Of a stretch of DNA of 64,000 nucleotides, positions 18,165 to 25,307 are shown in pieces. A model generated the notes under the pieces. The model ran no database searches. It saw only the letters and a list, made by a program, of their open reading frames with translations, and was not told the DNA's origin. The stretch is from a virus: the IMG/VR virus record IMGVR_UViG_3300005841_000001, positions 37,658-101,657 of that record, one strand, 5' to 3'. Position numbers and translations under genes: made by a program. Each line of letters opens with the position of its first letter. The first letter of the stretch is position 1.

Positions 18165-18628
18165 CCACCATACCGCTCACCCCCGCCATGTACGCCATGT
18201 TGGCGCGCGCCGGCGCCCGGCCGGACGGCAGCATCGAGACCAGGAAGCAGACCGCCGACGCCTTGCGCGTACGCGGCCTGGCCGTGGTCACGCTGCTGTC
18301 GTCAGGCCGGGTCGGCGTCACCCTGACCGCCCTCGGTCGGCACCGGCTCAAGGAGGCCGAAGCCGAGGAGGCCGCCGCGCCGCGTCCGCTCGTTACGTGG
18401 ACATCCGGGCGCTACGGCACGCTCACCGGCACCGTGGGCACTGTCGACGTCTTCTCGATCGCCCGGAGCACCAGCACGAGCAACCCCGGCTTTTACCTCG
18501 ACAGCCGGCTGTTCGTCACCTCTCGCGAGCTCCACCGCGACGAGACCGCGGCGAAAGACACCGCCGAGGTCAACTTCCGGGCGTGGATCGCCGAACTCGG
18601 GCTCCAGCCCATCCCTGGCGGTGCGTGA
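18161..18628 (+). CDS. Hypothetical protein, possible N-terminal winged helix (leaderless)
   Basis: TADALRVRGLA...TLTALGR wHTH-like pattern. Confidence 0.7.
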   Translation: MTTIPLTPAMYAMLARAGARPDGSIETRKQTADALRVRGLAVVTLLSSGRVGVTLTALGRHRLKEAEAEEAAAPRPLVTWTSGRYGTLTGTVGTVDVFSIARSTSTSNPGFYLDSRLFVTSRELHRDETAAKDTAEVNFRAWIAELGLQPIPGGA

Positions 18629-18924
18629 TGCAGGCGATTCCGACACCCGAGGTGCCGGCGGAGCTCGACCCGGTGCTGAATCGGCCCGAGGTCGGCGAGC
18701 CCTGCTACGTGATCGGCAGGCCGTCCGTCGACGCGCGACTGGTCGAACTGGCCGGCCCGATGGGCGCCGAGTGGACGCATGGCACCGCGACGCTCACCTG
18801 GACCGTTCCGGGCGAGTCCGCGCCGCGTCTGCGATGCTTCCGCGCGAGCCTCGTCACGTCGTCGCTGAAGGTCGCTACGACGCCGGCGCTCGAGCTCCGG
18901 CGGTACGGCTGGAACCTCCCCTAA
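18628..18924 (+). CDS. Hypothetical protein
   Basis: TGATG overlap; start MQAIPTP. Confidence 0.6.
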   Translation: MQAIPTPEVPAELDPVLNRPEVGEPCYVIGRPSVDARLVELAGPMGAEWTHGTATLTWTVPGESAPRLRCFRASLVTSSLKVATTPALELRRYGWNLP

Positions 18925-18931
18925 ACAGCTG

Positions 18932-18960
18932 TTGACAAGCCGAGTAAACACGGCTAGTTT
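18932..18960 (+). promoter_or_regulatory. Operator-promoter repeat driving RNA cluster
   Basis: TTGACA-AGCCGAGTAAACACGGC-TAGTTT. Confidence 0.85.
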
Positions 18961-19008
18961 CGAAGACGTCGGGCCTCGGACCCTCCCCCCTCGCCGGGGC
19001 CCGCGTAC

Positions 19009-19080
19009 GGCGCACTGGTCCAGCGGAACGGACACCCGGTTCTCACCCGGGAGACTCGAGTTCGACTCTCGGGTGCGCTA
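19009..19080 (+). tRNA. tRNA-Glu(CTC)
   Basis: Acceptor GGCGCAC/GTGCGCT, D arm GTCC..GGAC, anticodon arm CCCGG-TTCTCAC-CCGGG, T arm TCGAG-TTCGACT-CTCGG; no encoded CCA. Confidence 0.9.
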
Positions 19081-19251
19081 CGCAAGTGATCCCCGGTCAA
19101 GCGTGTCGGACTGCAAACTTCGGGGCAGGCCGACTGCGGGATTGGATCACAGGACGGGAGAAATACCGGGCAGAGCTCCCGCCCTTACCCTGGTGCGGTC
19201 TGGACCACCGCCTCTAACGACCAGGGCTCGACAGTCAGCGGGAACGGTCCA

Positions 19252-19339
19252 GGCGAGAAGCCCGGGCGCTGGTGGGTGGACCCACCCCCCTAGTGCGACC
19301 GGCGGTTCAATTCCGCACGGCGCCCGGCTTCTCGCCCCA
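19252..19339 (+). ncRNA. tRNA-like RNA with extended acceptor stem, T-loop and 3' CCA
   Basis: GGCGAGAAGCC-C-GGGCGC pairs with GCGCCC-GGCTTCTCGCC; GCGG-TTCAATT-CCGC T arm; CCA follows stem. Confidence 0.5.
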
Positions 19340-19652
19340 CAATTTCGAGTTCCGAGGATGATCACCGCTGACCGGCCTCATCAACCGGAAAGTGCCGGGC
19401 GCAAGCCAGGGCAGGGACTCACGTAAACCCCCCGGCGCCCGGCCGGGTTGAGAACGAACCGGGCGCGCCGTGGTGATGAGCCCGGCGCAGGCTGGCAGCA
19501 TCCCAGGAAACGGGCGTGGTGCCGTCGGCCAGGAACTACATGACCCGGCGTGCGGCATGCACACCGACGCCTCCGACGCCCCGAGACGTCAGCCTCGGCC
19601 GCCAGGCCCCGGGTCCGGTTCCGTCCCGCATTGACACGAGGAGGAGATCACG

Positions 19653-19808
19653 ATGTCCGCACCCGACAAGGGGGCCGCCAAGGACGGCAGCTCGCTCGCC
19701 GAGACCGTCTCGAAGAACCTCGAGGCGAGGGGCGTGCACGGCGCCACCGGCAACACCCGGACCAACGCCACCGGCACGCGGAACACTGCCGGCAACCCCC
19801 GTCGGTAG
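19653..19808 (+). CDS. 51-aa hydrophilic micro-protein (not in ORF track)
   Basis: GAGGAGGAG RBS; MSAPDKGAAKDGSSLAETVSKNLEARG... Confidence 0.6.
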   Translation: MSAPDKGAAKDGSSLAETVSKNLEARGVHGATGNTRTNATGTRNTAGNPRR

Positions 19809-19914
19809 AACCCAGGACTCCCGGGCGCGGCTATCGGACGGAGCTGCCCCTGCGGCTCTGGCCGGCGTCCCGATCGCCGGCGGGTTGCGACCTTCCAGGG
19901 CGGCCCGGGAAACG

Positions 19915-19948
19915 AAAGCCCCCACGGCGAGCACCGTGGGGGCTTTCT
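19915..19948 (+). terminator. Intrinsic terminator
   Basis: GAAAGCCCCCACGG-CGAGCA-CCGTGGGGGCTTTC. Confidence 0.75.
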
Positions 19949-19980
19949 CATGCCGCTGAAATGTCAACGTTGTCGGGAGT

Positions 19981-20009
19981 GTTCGTTGCCGAGCCACGTC
20001 GGTTAGTCT
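19981..20009 (+). promoter_or_regulatory. Degenerate operator-promoter repeat
   Basis: GTTCGT-TGCCGAGCCACGTCGGT-TAGTCT then 6 nt to GTG. Confidence 0.6.
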
Positions 20010-20015
20010 CATCCG

Positions 20016-20285
20016 GTGAACCACTGGCTACCGTGGTTGCTCGCGATGGGCAACCTTTCGTCGATCTTTCTCACCGGCCGCGGCAAGCTCGCCGGCTTCG
20101 TTGTGTTGGTGCCTACGCAGCTCGTGTTCGCGGGCTACGCCGCCTACACAGATCAACTCGGGTTTGTGCTACAGGGAGTAGCAATGGCGTCCATGGCGGG
20201 CGTCGGTTGGTATAAATGGGTGAACGATGGCGTCCATCGGGATGGCCGCCAACCCCGTGAAAAAGTATCGCCGGCAACCGAGTAG
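20016..20285 (+). CDS. Small three-TM protein, PnuC-like
   Basis: Three hydrophobic helices ending GWYKW, as recalled for small phage PnuC-like proteins. Confidence 0.55.
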   Translation: MNHWLPWLLAMGNLSSIFLTGRGKLAGFVVLVPTQLVFAGYAAYTDQLGFVLQGVAMASMAGVGWYKWVNDGVHRDGRQPREKVSPATE

Positions 20286-20443
20286 TTCCGGCTTGACAAA
20301 CCCCTGGTCATACTGGAGCGGGGACCCCGGCTTGGTGATGGCAGGCCGGGGTTCCCTTATGCGCCGGCCGGGGGCTGGGGCGGTGCTCCAGCGTGATCGT
20401 ATCGGCGTACGGGTCGTTCAACGAGCAGGCTCACCGAAAGGTG

Positions 20444-20472
20444 TTGACGCTCCGAGCTAACTCGGCTAGTCT
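20444..20472 (+). promoter_or_regulatory. Operator-promoter repeat
   Basis: TTGACG-CTCCGAGCTAACTCGGC-TAGTCT. Confidence 0.85.
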
Positions 20473-20498
20473 AGGGTTATCCGAATGAGGAGGACCCC

Positions 20499-20732
20499 AT
20501 GGCCAGGATCAAGACTCCCGCCGGAAGTCGCCGGGGTAGCCCGCGAGTGGGCGACGTTGTGCTCATCGCTCATCTGGACGGTTCGGGTTACACCCGCACC
20601 CTGGTCACCCGCGTCGCCGTGCGACAGGTCAAGATCGGCGATTTCGTCAGCGAGCGCTACGCGATTGACACGGCCGCGTTCGGTTTCGACGGATACCGCT
20701 CCCGGGGTGACTTCTACCTCCTTGCGGCATGA
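20499..20732 (+). CDS. Hypothetical protein
   Basis: GAGGAGG RBS. Confidence 0.7.
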   Translation: MARIKTPAGSRRGSPRVGDVVLIAHLDGSGYTRTLVTRVAVRQVKIGDFVSERYAIDTAAFGFDGYRSRGDFYLLAA

Positions 20733-21022
20733 CCGATCTCCCCTTGCTTCCCACCACGATCACCCGGCTCCACGAAGCGATGGAGCCTGGGTTTGTCCGG
20801 GTGCCGGAAATCGCGCCCGGTTGGTTCGTGATCGGTCCGGAACGCGCGGTGGTCCCCGGTTACCCGTGCCGCGTCTACCGCTGGACCACGCACGACTACG
20901 TCACGGTCGAACTGGACCGGCTCGTGGCCGCGCGGGTCGTCGAGCACAAACCAGGCAGTCGGTACGGGACCGGTCGGCAACGCTACGTACTCGCCTCGAT
21001 CAAGATCAGCAAGAAAAGCTGA
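20729..21022 (+). CDS. Hypothetical protein
   Basis: ATGA overlap. Confidence 0.65.
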   Translation: MTDLPLLPTTITRLHEAMEPGFVRVPEIAPGWFVIGPERAVVPGYPCRVYRWTTHDYVTVELDRLVAARVVEHKPGSRYGTGRQRYVLASIKISKKS

Positions 21023-21035
21023 GAGGAAGATCATC

Positions 21036-21458
21036 ATGGGTTACGACACCAAGATCTACGGCGAGATCACGATCACGCCGCCGCTGCCCTACGGCAAGAT
21101 CAAAAACTCGCCGTTCCGCTCGATCAGCCGCGAGGACACAACGCTCATGTTCGACGAGGACTCGCATGTCGAGGACACCGAAGAGGGCACGCTGAGCAAG
21201 ACCAGCGCGGTCGGGATCAAGATCCGTTACGACGAGACCGGCCGGCACTACGGGATCGACACCGAACTGACCAAGATCGTCGACGCCTTCCCGGACCACG
21301 AGTTCGAGGGCAGTTTCGTCTCCGTGGGCGCGGACCCCGGCGACATCCGTCGCGTGCGCGTCGAGCGGGTCGCCGGCCCTGGCCGCGGGATGAGCCGCCG
21401 CGTGGTCGAGGAGAAGGCAGAGCTGCACTGGCCGGACGGCACCAAGGTCGAGTTCTAG
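21036..21458 (+). CDS. Hypothetical protein
   Basis: GAGGAAG RBS; MGYDTKIYGEITITPPL. Confidence 0.75.
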   Translation: MGYDTKIYGEITITPPLPYGKIKNSPFRSISREDTTLMFDEDSHVEDTEEGTLSKTSAVGIKIRYDETGRHYGIDTELTKIVDAFPDHEFEGSFVSVGADPGDIRRVRVERVAGPGRGMSRRVVEEKAELHWPDGTKVEF

Positions 21459-21559
21459 GTCCGTCGTCGACGTTCTAGGCCCCCATGACGTCGCACCCCC
21501 CACGGTTGTTCGGGCTACCAGCCAGTATTCACCCGTTTGGGGGGGTGTGGGATTCAGGC

Positions 21560-21588
21560 TAGACAAGCCGAGTTAACTCGGCTAGACT
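21560..21588 (+). promoter_or_regulatory. Operator-promoter repeat (perfect palindrome)
   Basis: TAGACA-AGCCGAGTTAACTCGGC-TAGACT. Confidence 0.85.
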
Positions 21589-21594
21589 AGGTTC

Positions 21595-22314
21595 ATGACC
21601 GAGACGCAGAAGCCCCTCGCCCAGCAGACGCCCCGCGAGATCGACGAGCAGCTGGCCACCTTGGACGGCGCCTACCTCGCGATGTCCGACAAGCGCAAGG
21701 CCAAGATCGAGTTCGCCCACAGCCTCAACGGCGAGCGCGCCCGCTACGTCGGCCGCCGCCGCAAGGAGTGGCCGACCACCACCGACGAGGTGCTAGAGCA
21801 GCTGGCCCTCAAGCTGGCCGACGAGAAGATTCCGGCCTACGACGTCGCCAAGGTCACCGAGCTGATCGAGACCGTCGACGGTCTGGCTCGCGAGATGCGC
21901 GCCAACCGCGAGGCCTGCGAACCGCTGGACGCCGAGTACGACCGCCGCCACTGGGCCCGGTTCTTCCAGGTCGAGGACGGACACATCCACTCCGGGATGC
22001 GTTGCCAGGGCGGTTCGATCCGGGTCACCACTCGCGTGGGGTGGCGGCCCGAGCTGTCCGACAAGGACGTGACCGAGGCCGTCGCCGCCCTTGGGCCGAC
22101 GCTGTGCACGAAGTGCTTCCCCTCGGCGCCGGTCGAGTACACCCGGGGCCCGGAGAAGAAGCTGACGCCGGGCTACTGCGGCGGCCAGGGCAAGCTGGGC
22201 GTCGAGCTCCAGATGCGGTACGCGAGCCCGCGCGGGAAGTGCCCGGACTGCGGGCAGCGCGTCGGCGTGACGAGCCTCGGGAAGGTGCGCCGGCACAAGC
22301 TGCCCACCGCGTGA
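21595..22314 (+). CDS. Hypothetical Zn-binding protein (leaderless)
   Basis: GHIHSGMRC, LCTKCFPSAP, CPDC motifs. Confidence 0.75.
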   Translation: MTETQKPLAQQTPREIDEQLATLDGAYLAMSDKRKAKIEFAHSLNGERARYVGRRRKEWPTTTDEVLEQLALKLADEKIPAYDVAKVTELIETVDGLAREMRANREACEPLDAEYDRRHWARFFQVEDGHIHSGMRCQGGSIRVTTRVGWRPELSDKDVTEAVAALGPTLCTKCFPSAPVEYTRGPEKKLTPGYCGGQGKLGVELQMRYASPRGKCPDCGQRVGVTSLGKVRRHKLPTA

Positions 22315-22321
22315 CCGACCG

Positions 22322-22353
22322 CTCAGGATCCCCTCAAATGAGGGGATTCTGAG
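22322..22353 (+). terminator. Terminator-like hairpin
   Basis: CTCAGGATCCCCTCA-AA-TGAGGGGATTCTGAG. Confidence 0.6.
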
Positions 22354-22354
22354 C

Positions 22355-22383
22355 TTGCGTAGCCGAGCTAACTCGGCTAGACT
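22355..22383 (+). promoter_or_regulatory. Operator-promoter repeat
   Basis: TTGCGT-AGCCGAGCTAACTCGGC-TAGACT. Confidence 0.85.
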
Positions 22384-22389
22384 CGACTC

Positions 22390-22599
22390 ATGGTCCAGAT
22401 CAGTGAGTACGGCGAGCACCCGGTCTTCAGCACGAAGTGCATCCCCTGCGGGCGCTCGATCGGGCTGTGTCGGAACGAGGACGGCGAACCGGTGTACGTG
22501 GACGACCTCGGTCGCACGCTTTGCCCGGACCCGGAGCAGGACGGCGAACTGTTCATCCACGAGCCGACCAACCACGTGTTCCCCCGCGACTTGGTCTAG
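22390..22599 (+). CDS. Small Cys/His protein (leaderless)
   Basis: CIPCG...C...HEP. Confidence 0.7.
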   Translation: MVQISEYGEHPVFSTKCIPCGRSIGLCRNEDGEPVYVDDLGRTLCPDPEQDGELFIHEPTNHVFPRDLV

Positions 22600-22684
22600 A
22601 CCATGCCTGTTCGAATCCACTGCGCGACCTGCGGGGGCGACCCTCACGCAGGCCCGTGCCGACGCACCGGAGGAGGTGCCCACG

Positions 22685-22927
22685 ATGAAGATCGATTTCG
22701 ATTGGCTGGAGTTCGCGCTGTGCCGGGGCGCCGACCCGGGGCTGTTCGACGCGCTCGACGGCACGCGCGACCAGGCCCGCGCCCTCGGCATCTGTGCCGA
22801 GTGCCCGGTCCGTTCCGAGTGCCTCGGCGCCGCGCTGCTCGAGGGCGACGACACGACCGTGCGTGGCGGCCTCACCCCGGAGCAGCGGCGCATAATCCGC
22901 CGGCGCGCCCATGTGCGTGCGGCTTGA
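22685..22927 (+). CDS. WhiB-family Fe-S transcription factor
   Basis: W..ALCRGADPGLF...ICAECPVRSECL...TVRGGLTPEQRR; four Cys; GGAGG RBS. Confidence 0.9.
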   Translation: MKIDFDWLEFALCRGADPGLFDALDGTRDQARALGICAECPVRSECLGAALLEGDDTTVRGGLTPEQRRIIRRRAHVRAA

Positions 22928-22988
22928 CCTCGAGCCGGCCGGCCCCGCACCTGGCCGGCTCGAGCTGCTCCCCCCGAGAGAAGGCTTC

Positions 22989-23270
22989 ATGATCAACGTC
23001 CGGAGGTTGTTGTTGCGTCCCCGTCTGCCCGAGCCCGAGATCCCTGGTGCGCACTCCGCCACCCCCGACCGACCGGCCGGCTTCCGCTGGCTCGCCGGCA
23101 TCGCCCTGAAGGGCCAGGATGTCGCCTCGTTCTTCGTGCCTTTCTCGTGGCTGCTGCACCGCTCTGACAACGTGCTGCTTCGCCGGCAGGAGCAGCTTCA
23201 CCGCGCCACCGCCTACGGCGTTGTGCCGGCGGAGCTCGCTGCTTCGGTGGTCTCTGCTCCGATCGAGTGA
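22989..23270 (+). CDS. Hypothetical protein
   Basis: GAAGG RBS; start MINVRR. Confidence 0.55.
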   Translation: MINVRRLLLRPRLPEPEIPGAHSATPDRPAGFRWLAGIALKGQDVASFFVPFSWLLHRSDNVLLRRQEQLHRATAYGVVPAELAASVVSAPIE

Positions 23271-23275
23271 CAAGC

Positions 23276-23304
23276 TAGACAAGCCGAGACAGTTCGGCTA
23301 GTCT
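23276..23304 (+). promoter_or_regulatory. Operator-promoter repeat
   Basis: TAGACA-AGCCGAGACAGTTCGGC-TAGTCT. Confidence 0.8.
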
Positions 23305-23333
23305 AGCTTTATCACCGAGACGAGGAGCCCGAG

Positions 23334-23786
23334 ATGATCACCGCGACCTACACCACTCCCGAGATCAAGTTCGCCGACTTCGCCGACTACAACCCCGGCC
23401 ACGGCACCGAGACCGTACGGGAGACCGTCCTCGGTCTGCGGGACGAGTACGCCGCGACCAAGATCAAGACGGTCACTACGCCGGTCGGGCACCAGTTCAT
23501 CGTCACCGGCCCGATCGTCGACATCGCCCGGCTGGCCGCGCTGTACAACCAGCGCATCGACGGCAGCACGCTCCCCACCGCCGAGCACTACGAGCACATG
23601 CGCACCGTCGAGGCCCGGCAGCTCGGCTGCTGGCTCGACGAGGGCATGTACGCCCGGGGCAGTGCGCTGCACGTCGCCGCTATGGACGAGCTGCACCTGC
23701 GCGCCCTGGACGAGGACGTCGAGCGTTGCCACGGCTGGGCGCTGGAGGACTACACCGTCGGCAAGAGCGTCTTCCCGGTCCGCTGA
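23334..23786 (+). CDS. Hypothetical protein
   Basis: GAGGAG RBS; own promoter; hairpin terminator at 23801-23830. Confidence 0.75.
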   Translation: MITATYTTPEIKFADFADYNPGHGTETVRETVLGLRDEYAATKIKTVTTPVGHQFIVTGPIVDIARLAALYNQRIDGSTLPTAEHYEHMRTVEARQLGCWLDEGMYARGSALHVAAMDELHLRALDEDVERCHGWALEDYTVGKSVFPVR

Positions 23787-23861
23787 CCTGGGCAAACGCC
23801 AGCCCCGCCCCACCTCCCCGGGGCGGGGCTTGCTCCGTTCGAGTGAAGCCGCCGTGGGGGC

Positions 23862-23890
23862 TTGTCTAGCCGAGCCTGCTCGGCTAGTCT
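23862..23890 (+). promoter_or_regulatory. Operator-promoter repeat
   Basis: TTGTCT-AGCCGAGCCTGCTCGGC-TAGTCT. Confidence 0.85.
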
Positions 23891-23933
23891 AGGTACATCA
23901 CCACGGAGCACCACCCGAGACCCGGAGGCCAGG

Positions 23934-24215
23934 ATGACCACCACGACCACCGCCCAGCACCGTTCCGCCGGCGCCCTCGCCACCGGCCAGATCGCCGACG
24001 ACATGATCCTGATCCACCACGCGGCCGTCACCTACGGCTACGACGACATGGCGCAGGACTACCTCAACCGGTACGACGACGCGATCGCCTACCTGCACAC
24101 GGACGCCACCCTCGACGCCCAGATCGCCGGGATCAAGCTCACCCTCGCCGGCCCCGCCGCGGGCCGCTGCCCGAGCCACGGCTACTACCCGCAGGGCCGC
24201 TGCGGGATCTGCTGA
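23934..24215 (+). CDS. Hypothetical protein with C-terminal CPSH..CGIC
   Basis: GGAGG RBS; hairpin at 24222-24250 downstream. Confidence 0.7.
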   Translation: MTTTTTAQHRSAGALATGQIADDMILIHHAAVTYGYDDMAQDYLNRYDDAIAYLHTDATLDAQIAGIKLTLAGPAAGRCPSHGYYPQGRCGIC

Positions 24216-24272
24216 CCACCTCGAGGCCCCGCCCACCGGGCGGGGCCTCGGCCGCTCTTCGAGGAGGACACC

Positions 24273-24494
24273 GTGAACCTGCGCAAGTGGATCAAGGAAT
24301 TCCGCGAGGACTGGGCCGCCGCCGGTGAGGCCCTCGACCGGGCGGAGCGCGCCCGTGCGCGGCGTCGCGCGGCCGCGCCCCGGCCGCCCCAGGACGCCAC
24401 CGCGGCCGCCGCTGGGGGTCTCGCCGCGGCCGCCGGGGCGCAGGCTGCGCAGGCCGCCGCTTGCCCGCCGGACGCGGGTTGCACTGGGGCTTGA
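24273..24494 (+). CDS. Hypothetical Ala-rich protein
   Basis: GAGGAGG RBS; stop TGA is inside next -35 TTGACG. Confidence 0.6.
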   Translation: MNLRKWIKEFREDWAAAGEALDRAERARARRRAAAPRPPQDATAAAAGGLAAAAGAQAAQAAACPPDAGCTGA

Positions 24495-24519
24495 CGCTCC
24501 GAGCTAACTCGGCTAGACT
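24491..24519 (+). promoter_or_regulatory. Operator-promoter repeat
   Basis: TTGACG-CTCCGAGCTAACTCGGC-TAGACT. Confidence 0.85.
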
Positions 24520-24548
24520 AGGTCTCACACCGAGCAGGGAGGCACCCC

Positions 24549-24902
24549 GTGGACATCACCGCCGCGATCACCGAGTTCCGCAAGCACAACGCCGCCCTCC
24601 GGCGGATCGAGCAGCGCACCGGCACCCGCGTCGCCGCCGGGAACTGGACCGTCAGCCCGCGCACCCGCGCCGCCGTCGCCCGCCACCGCGACGCCATCGA
24701 CGACGTCCGGACCGCGCTCGACCTCGCCGGGCACCGCTACCTCGTGGCCACGCTGGTGATCGAGGCGCAGGAGCGCAGCAACCTCGCGTGGGCACGCCGC
24801 GAGCGCCTCGCGTACGAGGTGGCCCGCCTGACCCCGGCGATCGCGGCCGAGGGCAAGCGCGTCCGGGCCTACGTCCAGAACCACACCCCCGCCGCGGCTT
24901 GA
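24549..24902 (+). CDS. Hypothetical protein
   Basis: GGGAGG RBS; stop inside next -35. Confidence 0.7.
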   Translation: MDITAAITEFRKHNAALRRIEQRTGTRVAAGNWTVSPRTRAAVARHRDAIDDVRTALDLAGHRYLVATLVIEAQERSNLAWARRERLAYEVARLTPAIAAEGKRVRAYVQNHTPAAA

Positions 24903-24927
24903 CGCTCCGAGCTAACTCGGCTAGACT
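24899..24927 (+). promoter_or_regulatory. Operator-promoter repeat (identical to 24491-24519)
   Basis: TTGACG-CTCCGAGCTAACTCGGC-TAGACT. Confidence 0.85.
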
Positions 24928-24957
24928 CACCTTACCAGCCGGAACGAGGAGGGCACC

Positions 24958-25239
24958 GTGACCGAGACCACCGCCACCGCGAAGGTCGTCCACAACTGCA
25001 ACCCCCGACAGCCGGGCAAGCCGCTCCCCTTCGGGAAGCGCGACCCCAGGGGCGAGTGCCCGCGGTGCGCGGAGCTCGACGCCGGCGCCGAACCGCGCAC
25101 GCTCGGATGGGTCGAGGCCAAGAGCCGGCAGGCCGAGTTCGACGCGGACCGCTCCCGCGGCATCGAGGCCCACTTCGCTCCCGGCGGCCCGCACGCGCGC
25201 GGCGAGTGCGGCCCCGTCTGCACCGCCTACGACTGGTGA
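24958..25239 (+). CDS. Small Cys/His hypothetical protein
   Basis: HNC...CPRC...CGPVCTAYDW; GAGGAGG RBS. Confidence 0.75.
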   Translation: MTETTATAKVVHNCNPRQPGKPLPFGKRDPRGECPRCAELDAGAEPRTLGWVEAKSRQAEFDADRSRGIEAHFAPGGPHARGECGPVCTAYDW

Positions 25240-25307
25240 TCTTCCGGCCGGACCCTCTCCCGCGGGGCCCGGCCGGTTCCCTGCCCACCCCCTACCAGGA
25301 GACCAAC

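Noticed and set aside
19100-19135. Possible tRNA-Cys (CTGCAAA loop)
   Set aside because: Flanks do not form an anticodon stem and no T arm follows; the bases fit a simple long hairpin.
19285-19300. Amber-suppressor or Pyl tRNA reading of CTA in the tRNA-like element
   Set aside because: No 5-bp anticodon stem or U33; TAG is used as an ordinary stop in many genes here.
1996-24927. Palindromic repeats as a CRISPR array or integron attC sites
   Set aside because: Spacing is hundreds to thousands of bp with whole genes between; no cas or integrase seen; -35/-10 geometry and start-codon spacing explain them better.
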